Shown here: piece after piece, positions 1 to 9,148 of the stretch | How the letters are laid out: each line of letters begins with the position of its first letter | How positions within the stretch are numbered: position 1 is the stretch's first letter | NCBI GenBank assembly: GCA_963737655.1 | Contig: CAVTTN010000002.1 | Span: 5,216,001 to 5,280,000, forward strand | Direction: 5' to 3' | Source of the DNA: an uncultured Planctomycetota bacterium | GTDB taxonomy: Bacteria > Planctomycetota > Planctomycetia > Isosphaerales > Isosphaeraceae | Length of the DNA: 64,000 bases | Notes under the pieces: generated by a model | Seen by the model: the letters and a program-made list of their open reading frames with translations, nothing else | Told to the model about the DNA's origin: nothing | The model's database searches: none | Made by a program: the position numbers and the translations under genes

Positions 1-480
1 GCCATCAGTTCGGCGACCTACACCCTCCTCGGCTCCGGCACGACGCCCAACCCGAGCCTCGCGGGGACCGCCCCCTCGGTGGCGATGGTCACGGACGGCC
101 TCTCGACGACCACCCTGATCCTGGAGCACGCCGGCTACGATCGCCACTATGTCAAGGGGGTCGGCATGCCGATGCCGGAGACGGACCTGACGCTCGACCA
201 GCCCGGCTCCTGGGGGATCGTGACGGGCTGGTGCTCGTTCACGGTCCAGGGCTACCCGGAATACATCCCATCGACGTATCCGGCCGGCACGGCGAACGCC
301 CCATCGGGCCTCGCCTGCGCCATCAATTGCAACAATTCGCAGGGCGTGTTCGGCTTCCACCCCGCCGGCGCCCATGCCGCGATGGGGGACGGCAGCGTCC
401 GGCTGCTCTCCTCGACCATGTCCGTCCGGACCTTGATGTCTCTGGTGAGCCGCGATGGCGGGGAGATCGTCCAGGAATGA
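1..480 (+). CDS. DUF1559 (prepilin-type, H-X9-DG C-terminal) protein, 5' truncated by window
   Basis: Frame open from base 1; C-terminal FHPAGAHAAMGDGSVRLL...SRDGGE is the H-X9-DG motif of planctomycete DUF1559 proteins. Confidence 0.85.
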   Translation, partial: AISSATYTLLGSGTTPNPSLAGTAPSVAMVTDGLSTTTLILEHAGYDRHYVKGVGMPMPETDLTLDQPGSWGIVTGWCSFTVQGYPEYIPSTYPAGTANAPSGLACAINCNNSQGVFGFHPAGAHAAMGDGSVRLLSSTMSVRTLMSLVSRDGGEIVQE

Positions 481-938
481 CCTCCTCAAGCGAAGCCAGG
501 GCCGGCCGGCGGCCGGCGCGTTGGGTCCTCGCCGCCTGGGCGGCCCTGGCGCTCGTCGCCCCGGGCTGCGGCCCGCGGACCTGCGTGGTCTCGGGGCGGG
601 TCCTCGTCGACGACCGGCCGGCCGAGGGCGTCTACCTCGTTTTCCGGACGATGGGCAAGGACGCGGGACCCCAGGATTCCGGGACGGCCCGGACGGGCGA
701 GCAGGGCGGGTTCTCGCTGGTCGTCCGCGAGCCCGGGGAAGCGGCGATCACCGCGTTCTGGCCCTCGGTGAAGCTCGTGGACGACGAGTCCGTGGAGGGG
801 CCTGACCGCTTCGGCGGCCGTTACGGCGACCCGAGGCGCCCGGTCGTCACGGCCACGTTCCAGGAAGGGAACAACCTTCTCCCCGACATCTCGCTGCTCG
901 GGGCCAAGCCCGGGCCCTCAAGGCGAGATTCCCGCTAG
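477..938 (+). CDS. Putative lipoprotein, carboxypeptidase-regulatory-like domain
   Basis: ATGA overlap with DUF1559 stop; lipobox-like LVAPGC then VSGRVLVDDRPAEG; usual partner of DUF1559 genes. Confidence 0.75.
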   Translation: MTSSSEARAGRRPARWVLAAWAALALVAPGCGPRTCVVSGRVLVDDRPAEGVYLVFRTMGKDAGPQDSGTARTGEQGGFSLVVREPGEAAITAFWPSVKLVDDESVEGPDRFGGRYGDPRRPVVTATFQEGNNLLPDISLLGAKPGPSRRDSR

Positions 939-1018
939 GAGCGTCCCTCATCCGCGCGCGGCGCCCGCTGGCCTGGGCCGCTCGCATTCGCAGGAATCCT
1001 CAACATCGAGGGCCCCCC

Positions 1019-3121
1019 ATGACCGCCCGATCCGCCTCAAGAATCCTCCTCGCCCTGGCGATCCTGGTGCCGGCCGCCTCGGCGGCAGCCGCGGCCGAGC
1101 CTCCCGTCGTCCGATCCGCGAAGTCGGGCGATTGGTCCGCCTCGGAGACCTGGGAGCCGGGCCGCGTGCCTCAGGCCGGCGACCGGGTCGTCATCCGGTC
1201 CGGCCATCGCGTCGTCTACGACGTCTCGTCCGAGGCGGTGATCCGTCTGGTCCAGGTCGCGGGCACCCTGGAGTTCGCCCGCGATCGCCCCACGAGGCTG
1301 GAGGCCGGGCTGATCGCCGTCGTGGCCTCGGAGGAGCCGTCGGAGGACGGCTTCGACTGCCACGCGGCGATGGCGGACATGCCGGGGATGCCCGGCGCGG
1401 CACGGCCTTCGCTGCTGGTCGGCTCGCCGGGCTCGCCGATCCCCGCCGGGGTCTCGGCCACCATCCGCCTCCATTACGTCGAGGGGATGGACAAGCAATC
1501 GTGCCCGGCCATCGTCTGCTGCGGGGGGAGGATGGAGTTCCACGGCGCCCCCATGCCGCAGACCTGGCTCAAGATCCGCCAGACGGCCGACGCCGGGGCG
1601 ACCACCCTCTACGTCGATGAATCGGCGGAGGGCTGGAAGCCGGGCGACCAGGTCATCCTCACGAGCACCCATCGGCAGCGCGACGGCCGAGGCGTGGGCG
1701 GGGACTTCCTCGCCGGGGCCCAGACCGAGGAGAGGCGGATCACCGGCCTCTCCCCTCGCGACTTCACCGGCGGCTACGCCCTGAAGCTCGACCGCCCCCT
1801 GGCCTTCTCGCACTTCGCGGAGGGGAACTTCCGGGCGGAGGTCGCCAACCTCAGCCGCAACCTCGTGGTCGAGTCGGCGGACCCCGAGGGCGTCCGCGGC
1901 CACACGATGTACCACCGGAATTCGGCGGGCTCGATCCACTACGCGGAGTTCCGGCACCTCGGCAAGCGGGACGAGAAGGGGCGCTACAGCATCCACTTCC
2001 ACCTGGCCGGCGAGACCATGAGGGGCAGCTCGGTCATCGGGGCCTCGATCTGGGACAGCCACAACCGCTGGATCACGGTCCACGGCACCGACGCCCTGGT
2101 CATCCGCGACAACGTCGGCTACAAGAGCGTCGGCCACGGCTTCTTCCTCGAGAACGGCACCGAGATCAACAACATCCTCGATCACAACCTCGCGGCGCTG
2201 GTCCTGCCCGGCAAGCCGCAGAAGGACCAGGAGGTGCCCTTCGACCTCAATCGAGGGGCCGGCTTCTGGTGGGCGAACAGCCAGAATAGCTTCACCCGGA
2301 ACGTGGCCGCGGAGTGCGCCGAGTACGGCTACCGCTTCGACTCCAAGAGGACCGCCGAGTATGACCCGGTCCGCCCGGTCCGCCAGCCCGATGGCACGCT
2401 CAAGCCGCAGGACTCGCGCATCCTGCCGTTCGTCCGGTTCGAGGGCAACGAGGCCCACACCATGAAGTTCTTCTGCCTGAACCTGCGGGGCGTGACGCGA
2501 CCGGATCGCGGCCTGGACCTCTACAGCCAGAACGAGAGCCTGGCTCGCGAGGCCGCCGAGGCCCTCCCCGAGCCCGCGCACCCGTTCTGGATCCGGGACT
2601 TCCGCTGCTGGGAGGCCAACTGGGCGGCCCACCTCGGCACCACCGGCGTGTTCGTCGACGGCCTCGACGTCTTCCGCTCGGACGTGGCGATCTGGCGATC
2701 GATCATGGACCGCTCCGGCTTCCGACGGATGACCACGAAGGACATGCGCGTCAATGACATCCACAATCCCCTGAGCTCGGGCTATGTCCCCTCTCGGGGC
2801 GAGGCCGACTCCGGCGCGTTCCGGGGAACGTCCAGCTTCCGCGACGACATGCCGCCCACGACCGTCATCACCAGCGCCGTCCGCGAGGGTAACCTGGTCC
2901 TCGTCAAGGGGTCCACGGCCGACGCGAGCGACGTGCGACGCGTGATGGTCAACGGCCGCCCGGCCCGCTCGACGCGGTCGAGCTTCGCCGAGTGGGAGAT
3001 CGCCCTCGACGCCCCTCCCGACAAGCCCCTGGAGATCCGGGCCCATTCCGAGGACGTCCACGGGCACCAGGAGCCCCGGCCTCACCTGATCCGAATCGAC
3101 TCCTCCGCCAATCCGAAGTGA
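1019..3121 (+). CDS. Secreted G8-domain / beta-helix protein
   Basis: Signal peptide; SGDWS..TW...VP..GD.V.I..GH.V.YD G8 start; GRYSIHFHL and GHGFFLE motifs. Confidence 0.8.
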   Translation: MTARSASRILLALAILVPAASAAAAAEPPVVRSAKSGDWSASETWEPGRVPQAGDRVVIRSGHRVVYDVSSEAVIRLVQVAGTLEFARDRPTRLEAGLIAVVASEEPSEDGFDCHAAMADMPGMPGAARPSLLVGSPGSPIPAGVSATIRLHYVEGMDKQSCPAIVCCGGRMEFHGAPMPQTWLKIRQTADAGATTLYVDESAEGWKPGDQVILTSTHRQRDGRGVGGDFLAGAQTEERRITGLSPRDFTGGYALKLDRPLAFSHFAEGNFRAEVANLSRNLVVESADPEGVRGHTMYHRNSAGSIHYAEFRHLGKRDEKGRYSIHFHLAGETMRGSSVIGASIWDSHNRWITVHGTDALVIRDNVGYKSVGHGFFLENGTEINNILDHNLAALVLPGKPQKDQEVPFDLNRGAGFWWANSQNSFTRNVAAECAEYGYRFDSKRTAEYDPVRPVRQPDGTLKPQDSRILPFVRFEGNEAHTMKFFCLNLRGVTRPDRGLDLYSQNESLAREAAEALPEPAHPFWIRDFRCWEANWAAHLGTTGVFVDGLDVFRSDVAIWRSIMDRSGFRRMTTKDMRVNDIHNPLSSGYVPSRGEADSGAFRGTSSFRDDMPPTTVITSAVREGNLVLVKGSTADASDVRRVMVNGRPARSTRSSFAEWEIALDAPPDKPLEIRAHSEDVHGHQEPRPHLIRIDSSANPK

Positions 3122-3142
3122 GGAGCGCGTCCGGGCCGCTCG

Positions 3143-5056
3143 TTATCGCCGGGGCGGGTCGTCCGGGAGCTTCAGCTTCATCCCGACCTTGGGGCGATCG
3201 GTGTCCTCGAAGAGGTCGCTGTTGAGCTTGCGGATCTCCTCGGAGCGGTCGGAGTCGCCCAGGGTGGCGTTGGCGATGCTTCGGAGCGTCTCGCCCGGCT
3301 TGACGACGTGGACTCGGGAGGGGCGGATCGCCCGGGAGACGGCCGGGGCCTTGGAGCGGCTCGGCGGGGGCGAGAGGGTGGAGTCTCGGGCCGGGAGCAT
3401 GATCACGGAGTCGGAGGAGGTCCGCGAGGCGTCGGCGTCCTTGGTGCCGGAGGAGGTCTTGCGGACGTCGTCGCGGCCCGACTCGGTCCTGGCCGGGCCG
3501 ATCAGGCTGCGGTTCAGGTCTTCGAGCGCGGGGATGCGGATCGCCGTGCCGATGTAGAGGTCCTCGGGCTGGCCGGCGAGGTCCTTGTTGGCGTCCCAGA
3601 GGGCCTTGTAGAACCGGCCCGAGCCGTAGTAGTCGCGGGCGATGGTCCAGAAGTTCTCCCCTCGGCGGACGACGTGGACCACCGGCTCGATCGGATCGCC
3701 CGAGGCGGCGGCCGTCGATCGCGGCGGAGCGGCGGTCCGGGCCGGCGGAGGGGCGTCGGCGACGAGGCGGGGCGTCGACGACCGCCGAGGCCCGACGCTG
3801 GGGATCGGATAAAGCGGTCCCGACGGCCCGGCGACCGTCGCGGGCTCGGTCGGCGGGGCTTCGAGATTGGGGATGGTCCGGGGTTTCTCCGGCGACGGCT
3901 CGGGCGAAGGCGAAGGCGTGGGCGTCGCGACCGTCGGAGGCGGCTCGGCCGGGACTGGCGGCGCCTCGGCGACCGGGGGGGCCGGCCGAAGGGCCACCGG
4001 CGGAGCGGCGTCCGTCGCGGTCACGGGCGGGGGGTTCGTGGTGACGGGAGCGGGGCCCGGCGGCGACGCTTCCGGCTTCGGGGCCTCGGCGGCGACCGCG
4101 GTCCCGAGCCCCGGCGGGCCGTTTTCGAGCTTGGCGGATTCGGCCGTTTTCGTCGGGTTCGGGGCGGAGGGCAGGACGGTCTCTTCCTTGTCGGGCTCGG
4201 GCGGGCCCGGCGGCGGATTCCCCCCGGCGAGCGAGGGCGGGGCATCGGCCGGTTTGGGCTCGGTCTCCGGGTGGTCCGACTTCGCGTCGCCGTGGCCGGC
4301 CTTCGTCACCAGGCTCGGCGGGAGGCCGGGGAGCGGCGGCTCCTCGGTCGCGGCGGTCCGCTCGGCCTGGCCGTCCTTGGTCACCTTCTTCGGCAAGTCG
4401 AGGCCCGAAGGCGGCGGCGGGGCGGTCGCGACCGCCTCCTTCTCCTCCCCCTTCTCGAGCGTCTCGGTCGAGGGAGGCGGCGGGGCCTCGGCGATCGTCG
4501 TGGGCGGCGGGGAGTCGGCCGTCCTCATCTCGGGAGGGGCCGGCGGGACCGCCTCGGCGGTCTCCTGCGGGTCCTTCGCGGGCCCGGCCTCCTCGGTCGG
4601 CCCCGGCGGCTCGTTCTTGACGATCCTGGGCGTCTCGGGCACGTCGGGCGTCGCCTTCGCCGGCTTGACACCCCCCGCGCCCGGGATCTCGGCGACCGGG
4701 GCCCCCTTCCCCTTGCCTTTCTGGCGGTTGACCACCAGGACCGCGACCAGGACGACGAACGAGAGCACCACGGCGACCTTGAACCGGGTGTCCCACGACA
4801 GCCCCTTCGCCAGGCCCGCCACCTTCGGCGCCGACCGGGCCTTCCTGGCCGGTTTCTGCGCGGTCGAGGGCGAGGCCGAAGCCGACGGCGCGGCCGAGGT
4901 CGAAGGCGCCGTGGACCCGGAGGCGTCGTGGTTCGATTCGGTCCCGGGGAAGGCGCGCGGCTCCTCGGGCGGAGTCCCCTCGACGGCTTCGGGAGGATTC
5001 ACCGGCTCGGAGACGGGCTCGGGCCCGGGTCCGGCGTGCCATGTGGTTTCGTGCAT
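3143..5056 (-). CDS. Bitopic membrane protein with Pro-rich linker and two C-terminal LysM domains
   Basis: TM FKVAVVLSFVVLVAVLVV; LysM repeats HVVRRGENFWTIARDYYG and HVVKPGETLRSIA. Confidence 0.85.
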   Translation of the reverse strand: MHETTWHAGPGPEPVSEPVNPPEAVEGTPPEEPRAFPGTESNHDASGSTAPSTSAAPSASASPSTAQKPARKARSAPKVAGLAKGLSWDTRFKVAVVLSFVVLVAVLVVNRQKGKGKGAPVAEIPGAGGVKPAKATPDVPETPRIVKNEPPGPTEEAGPAKDPQETAEAVPPAPPEMRTADSPPPTTIAEAPPPPSTETLEKGEEKEAVATAPPPPSGLDLPKKVTKDGQAERTAATEEPPLPGLPPSLVTKAGHGDAKSDHPETEPKPADAPPSLAGGNPPPGPPEPDKEETVLPSAPNPTKTAESAKLENGPPGLGTAVAAEAPKPEASPPGPAPVTTNPPPVTATDAAPPVALRPAPPVAEAPPVPAEPPPTVATPTPSPSPEPSPEKPRTIPNLEAPPTEPATVAGPSGPLYPIPSVGPRRSSTPRLVADAPPPARTAAPPRSTAAASGDPIEPVVHVVRRGENFWTIARDYYGSGRFYKALWDANKDLAGQPEDLYIGTAIRIPALEDLNRSLIGPARTESGRDDVRKTSSGTKDADASRTSSDSVIMLPARDSTLSPPPSRSKAPAVSRAIRPSRVHVVKPGETLRSIANATLGDSDRSEEIRKLNSDLFEDTDRPKVGMKLKLPDDPPRR

Positions 5057-5937
5057 CGCTGGGCCACCCTCAGTTTCGCGCTCCGCGCGCGGGGATTGGT
5101 CCGGATCTCCTCGGCCGAGGCGGTCACCGGCTTCTTGGTCAGGACGTCCAGCTCCGGGTCGTTCCGGAACGCATGCTTGACCCTCCGATCTTCCAGCGAA
5201 TGGAAGCTGACGATCGCCACGCGTCCGCCCGGTTCGAGCCACTGGGCCACGTTCAGCAAGGTCTCGTCGAGGATCTCCAGCTCGCGATTGACGGCGATCC
5301 TCAGGGCCTGGAATGTCCGGGTGGCGGGGTCGATCGGCCCCCACTTGCCGGGGACGCTCTTGCGGACGATCTCGGCGAGCCTCGCGGTGGTCACGATCGG
5401 CTCGACCCGGCGGTTCTCGACGATCCTCCAGGCGATCCTCCGGCTGTGCCGTTCCTCGCCGAGCTCATAGATCAGGTCGGCGAGCTCCTTCTCCGAGAGG
5501 TCGTTGACGAGGTCGGCCGCCGATTTCCGGGTCTTGGGGTCGAACCTCATGTCCAGGGGGCCGTCCTGGGAGAAGCTGAACCCGCGATCGGCCCAGGAGA
5601 GCTGGTCGGACGAGAGCCCGAGGTCCAGGAGGATCCCATCGACGCGGTCGATCCCCAGGTCGTCCAGGACCGAATCGGCGTCATCATACGACGATTGAAC
5701 GAGGGTGACGGGCAGGCCCCGGGTCGCCTCCTCGGCCAAAGCCAGCATGGCCGGGTCGCGATCGAGGCCGATCACCCGGCCCGACGGCCCGACCCTCTCG
5801 GCCAGCGCCCGCGCATGACCGCCCGCGCCCACGGTCCCATCCAGGAGGACGGCGCCGGGCTTCGGGTCCAGCCCCGAGACGACCTCGTCGAGCAGGACCG
5901 GGCGATGGACCGGCGCTGGGGAGTCCTCGATGGGCAC
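4999..5937 (-). CDS. rsmH: 16S rRNA m4C1402 methyltransferase
   Basis: HRPVLLDEV, DGTVGAGGH, DLGLSS.QL, PLDMR, TRTFQALRIAVNREL, SFHSLEDR, NPRARSAKLR. Confidence 0.97.
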   Translation of the reverse strand: MPIEDSPAPVHRPVLLDEVVSGLDPKPGAVLLDGTVGAGGHARALAERVGPSGRVIGLDRDPAMLALAEEATRGLPVTLVQSSYDDADSVLDDLGIDRVDGILLDLGLSSDQLSWADRGFSFSQDGPLDMRFDPKTRKSAADLVNDLSEKELADLIYELGEERHSRRIAWRIVENRRVEPIVTTARLAEIVRKSVPGKWGPIDPATRTFQALRIAVNRELEILDETLLNVAQWLEPGGRVAIVSFHSLEDRRVKHAFRNDPELDVLTKKPVTASAEEIRTNPRARSAKLRVAQRCTKPHGTPDPGPSPSPSR

Positions 5938-6037
5938 GGGTCGCTCAGGGGTCGAAGGGACGGGAGAAGGGCGCAATCCAGGCCGACTCTAACGGCCCGA
6001 GCGATCCTGTCAATCGCAAAGGGGCCTCGATCCATCC

Positions 6038-6109
6038 GTGGGGTCCATGCAATGCACCGTCATGTAGGGTGCATGGAATGCACCAACCACGAGGCGGCCA
6101 ACGGCCGCC
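6038..6109 (+). repeat. REP family A tandem doublet (26-bp period) plus GGCGGCC-N3-GGCCGCC hairpin
   Basis: gtggggtccatgcaatgcacc-gtcat-gtagggtgcatggaatgcacc; second hairpin 6093-6109. Confidence 0.85.
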
Positions 6110-6135
6110 CTCCGACCCCTTCGGACCAATCCCTC

Positions 6136-7282
6136 TCATCGACCACCGCTCGCCTCGATCTTGAAGCCAAGCACGCCCGCCCAGACCGCCTCATACGCCT
6201 CCACGACGCGGCCCATCGAATATTCGGCCTCGACCCGGCTCCGGCCCTTCTGGCCCATCGCGCCCCATTGCGTCTCGCCCGCCATCGCCTCGCGAAGGCT
6301 CGCGGCCAACGATTTCGGGTCGCCCGGCTCGGCCAGCCAGCCGGTCCGCTCGGGGCCGTCGGCGAGGACCAGGTCTTCGGAGCCCTCAACCCTCGTGGCG
6401 ATCACGGGTTTCCTCGCCGCCATCGCCTCGATCACCACGTTCGGCATCCCTTCCCACAACGACGGCAACACCACCAGATCGGCCGTCTTCAGGAGCCCGG
6501 GAACGTCCTCGCGACGCCCGAGCCACTCGACGCGATCTTTCAGGACGCCGGACCCCTCGACCCTCCGCCGATGCTCCGATACGTCCGGGCCGTCGCCCAC
6601 CATCACGAGCCTCCACCCGGGATGATCGGGCGCGACGGCCGAGAACGCCTCCAGGAGCACGCCCACCCCTTTTTGCGGCTCGATCCGACCGACGAACATC
6701 AGGATCTTCGCCGGGCCGAGCCCGAGATCGACCGATCCGGCCCGGTCGATCGCCTCGGGATCGATCCCGTTGGGGATCACGAGCAATCGGCGAGGGTCCA
6801 GCCCTCCGGATTCGATCGCGTGCCGCCGGACCCCCTCCGAGACGCAGACCGACGCGGCGGAAAGCCGTTGCGTGAGTCGTTCGAGGACCAGATGCGACCG
6901 CCCCCGCCGCTCGGCCACGCGAATCCCGCCGACCACCGGCGGCCGACCGGCCTGGAAGGCGGCCAGCCTCGCCGCGAGGTTGGCGTGGAACAGGAAGCTC
7001 TGGACGATCGCCGGGCGGATCGCCCTCAACGCGGAGGCCAGGTCGCGAACCGCCCGGATCGGCCGTCGTTTCGAGACGTTCAAGCAAGTCACGGCGATCC
7101 CGCGATCGCGGAGGACGCCCGCCAGCGCCCCTTCCGGCCCGAGGCAGACCACCGAGGGCGTCCACCGCGACCGATCGAGCCGCGAGGCCAGCGCCACCAG
7201 CGCCTTCGGCGCCCCCGACGTCCAGATCGGTAATCACGAAGGCGATCGGCGCCGGATCGGTCGGCAAGGGTCGGGATTGCAC
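6136..7282 (-). CDS. Glycosyltransferase family 4 (frameshift near 7205)
   Basis: IAFVITDLDVGGAE in one frame continues as ALASRLDR...VGRIEPQKG...SLWEGMPNVVIEAMA in another. Confidence 0.9.
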
Positions 7283-7359
7283 GGTCGCGATCGGCCGGGG
7301 AGGATGGAAGGACGTCCCGACCGCCCATTGTCGCGGCCCGGACCACCGAGGGGAAGCCG

Positions 7360-8389
7360 TTGGACACCTCCGCGTTCGATTTCGACCTGCCCGACGGCCT
7401 GATCGCCCAGGAGCCGGCCGAGCCTCGCGATTCGTCTCGCTTGATGGTCGTCCGGCGCGATTCGGGGACGATCGAGCACCGCGTTTTCTCCGAGCTTCCC
7501 GAGCTTCTCCAACCGGGAGACCGGCTGGTCCGCAACGCGACTCGGGTGGTCCCGGCGAGGATTCTGGGGACTCGCGAGGCCACCGGAGGGCGCTGGGAGG
7601 GCCTGTTCCTGCGAGCCTTGCCCGGCGGCTCCTGGGAAGTCCTGGCGACGACCCGAGGAAGGCCCATCGAGGGGGAATGGGTGGCGATCGAGGGCGGGCT
7701 GCGGCTGAAGCTCGAAGCCAGGGGCGAGGGCGGACGCTGGACCGTGCGGCCCGAGGCAGAGGGGCTCGCCTTCGGAGGTGTTGGGGCGCCACGGGCACGT
7801 CCCCTTGCCTCCTTATATCCGCAAGGGTCGGGACGACCCGGAGGACCGGCTCCGGTATCAGACCGTGTTCGCCCGAGAGCCCGGCGCCGTGGCCGCGCCG
7901 ACGGCCGGGTTGCACTTCACCGAGGCCTTATTCACGAGGCTGGCCGATCGGGGGGTCCGGCCGATCGACATCACGTTGCACGTCGGCCTCGGCACGTTCC
8001 GGCCGATCGAGGCCGAGAGGATCGAGGACCACACGCTCCACGCCGAATGGGCCGAGGTCGCCCCCGAGGCCGCCGAGGCGCTGAATGCGGCGAGAGAAGC
8101 CGGAGGACGGATCATCGCGGTGGGGACCACGTCGGCCAGGACGCTCGAAACCGCCGCGAAATCCGGCCGATTTGAAGCCTTCGCGGGAGAAACCGCCCTG
8201 TACCTCCGCCCGGGCCACAAGTTCCGAGGCGTCGATGCCCTGATCACCAATTTCCACCTGCCCCGGAGCAGCCTGCTGGTGCTCGTCGCCGCCCTGACCG
8301 GGCACCCGTTGATGAAACGAGCCTACGACGAGGCCATCCGGCATCAATACCGATTCTACAGCTATGGCGACGCGATGATAATCCTGTAG
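7360..8389 (+). CDS. queA: S-adenosylmethionine:tRNA ribosyltransferase-isomerase (frameshift near 7775)
   Basis: FDFDLP..LIAQEP..PRDSSRL; PLPPYI, YQTVFA, AAPTAGLHF, LHVGLGTFRP, TNFHLPRS, YRFYSYGDAM. Confidence 0.96.
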
Positions 8390-8548
8390 GGTGCATGCAA
8401 TGCACCGTCATGTAGGGTGCATGAAATGCACCAAACACGCGGCGGCCAGTGGCCGCCATCCTTGGTTTCTTGATCCGTCGGTGGATCGGAAAGCGCAAAA
8501 GGTTGCGGGCTTCGCCCGCGCGTGTTTGGTGCATTGCATGCACCCTAC
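8386..8548. repeat. REP family A doublet plus inverted partner (REPIN) directly downstream of the RAYT gene
   Basis: Copies at 8386-8406, 8412-8432 (+) and 8528-8548 (-); arms extend as accaaacacgcg/cgcgtgtttggt; first TAG is the queA stop. Confidence 0.92.
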
Positions 8549-8555
8549 GGGATCG

Positions 8556-9104
8556 TCATTCCAGGTCCCATCCGCGGAGCCGCTTCGGTGCCGTTTTTCC
8601 CCATTCGGGGTCGTACTGGCCGCTTTGGACGTGCTTTTGAAAGCTTGACCAGGGCCAGTCCCCGGGCCGGGTGACGTATCCGTGTTTGACGGGATTGTAA
8701 TGGATGTAATCCAGGTGCGTCTCGAAATCCCGATCGTCGCGAATGCAATGCTCCCAGAATCGCCGTTGCCAGACGCCTCGCGTCCCTCGATCGCGCTGGG
8801 AGGACGTGATGATCCGCTGTTGGCCGCCCGATCCCAGCCATTCGACCGTGAAATCCCGCTTGATCCGCTTCCACCTTCGCGAGAAGTCGTCATCGCCTCG
8901 GGGCAACGTCCACAGACAATGGAGATGATCGGGAAGGAGCACGATGGCTCGGGTTTCGAACGGGTGGGAGCGGCCAACCTCGCGAAAGACCCGGCCCAGG
9001 AGCGATCGGGCGGCGGGATTGGAAAACAGGGGCCAGCGGCCGGCGGTGATCACCGTGAAGAAATAGGTCCCTCCCGGTTCGAGGAGGCGGCGGTATTCGG
9101 GCAT
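8556..9104 (-). mobile_element. rayT: REP-associated tyrosine (HUH/Y1) transposase, RAYT/TnpA-REP
   Basis: GGTYFFTV, HUH motif PDHLHCLWTLP, WQRRFWEH.IRD, catalytic Y in DYIHYNPVKHG, DWPWSS; abuts a GTAG REP pair. Confidence 0.93.
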
Positions 9105-9148
9105 CGGCGCCCTCGGAGAGCGAAGACCATCGGGGATCATGCCGGGTG

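Noticed and set aside
8244..8977. Recurrent peptides such as VHFMHPT, VGCMKCT and GAFHAPY in many small ORFs as a protein family
   Set aside because: They are translations of the REP family A DNA repeat in different frames.
8556..9104. IS200/IS605 insertion sequence
   Set aside because: No tnpB; the motifs (GGTYFFT, WQRRFWEH, NPVKHG) and adjacent GTAG REPs fit RAYT rather than IS200 TnpA.
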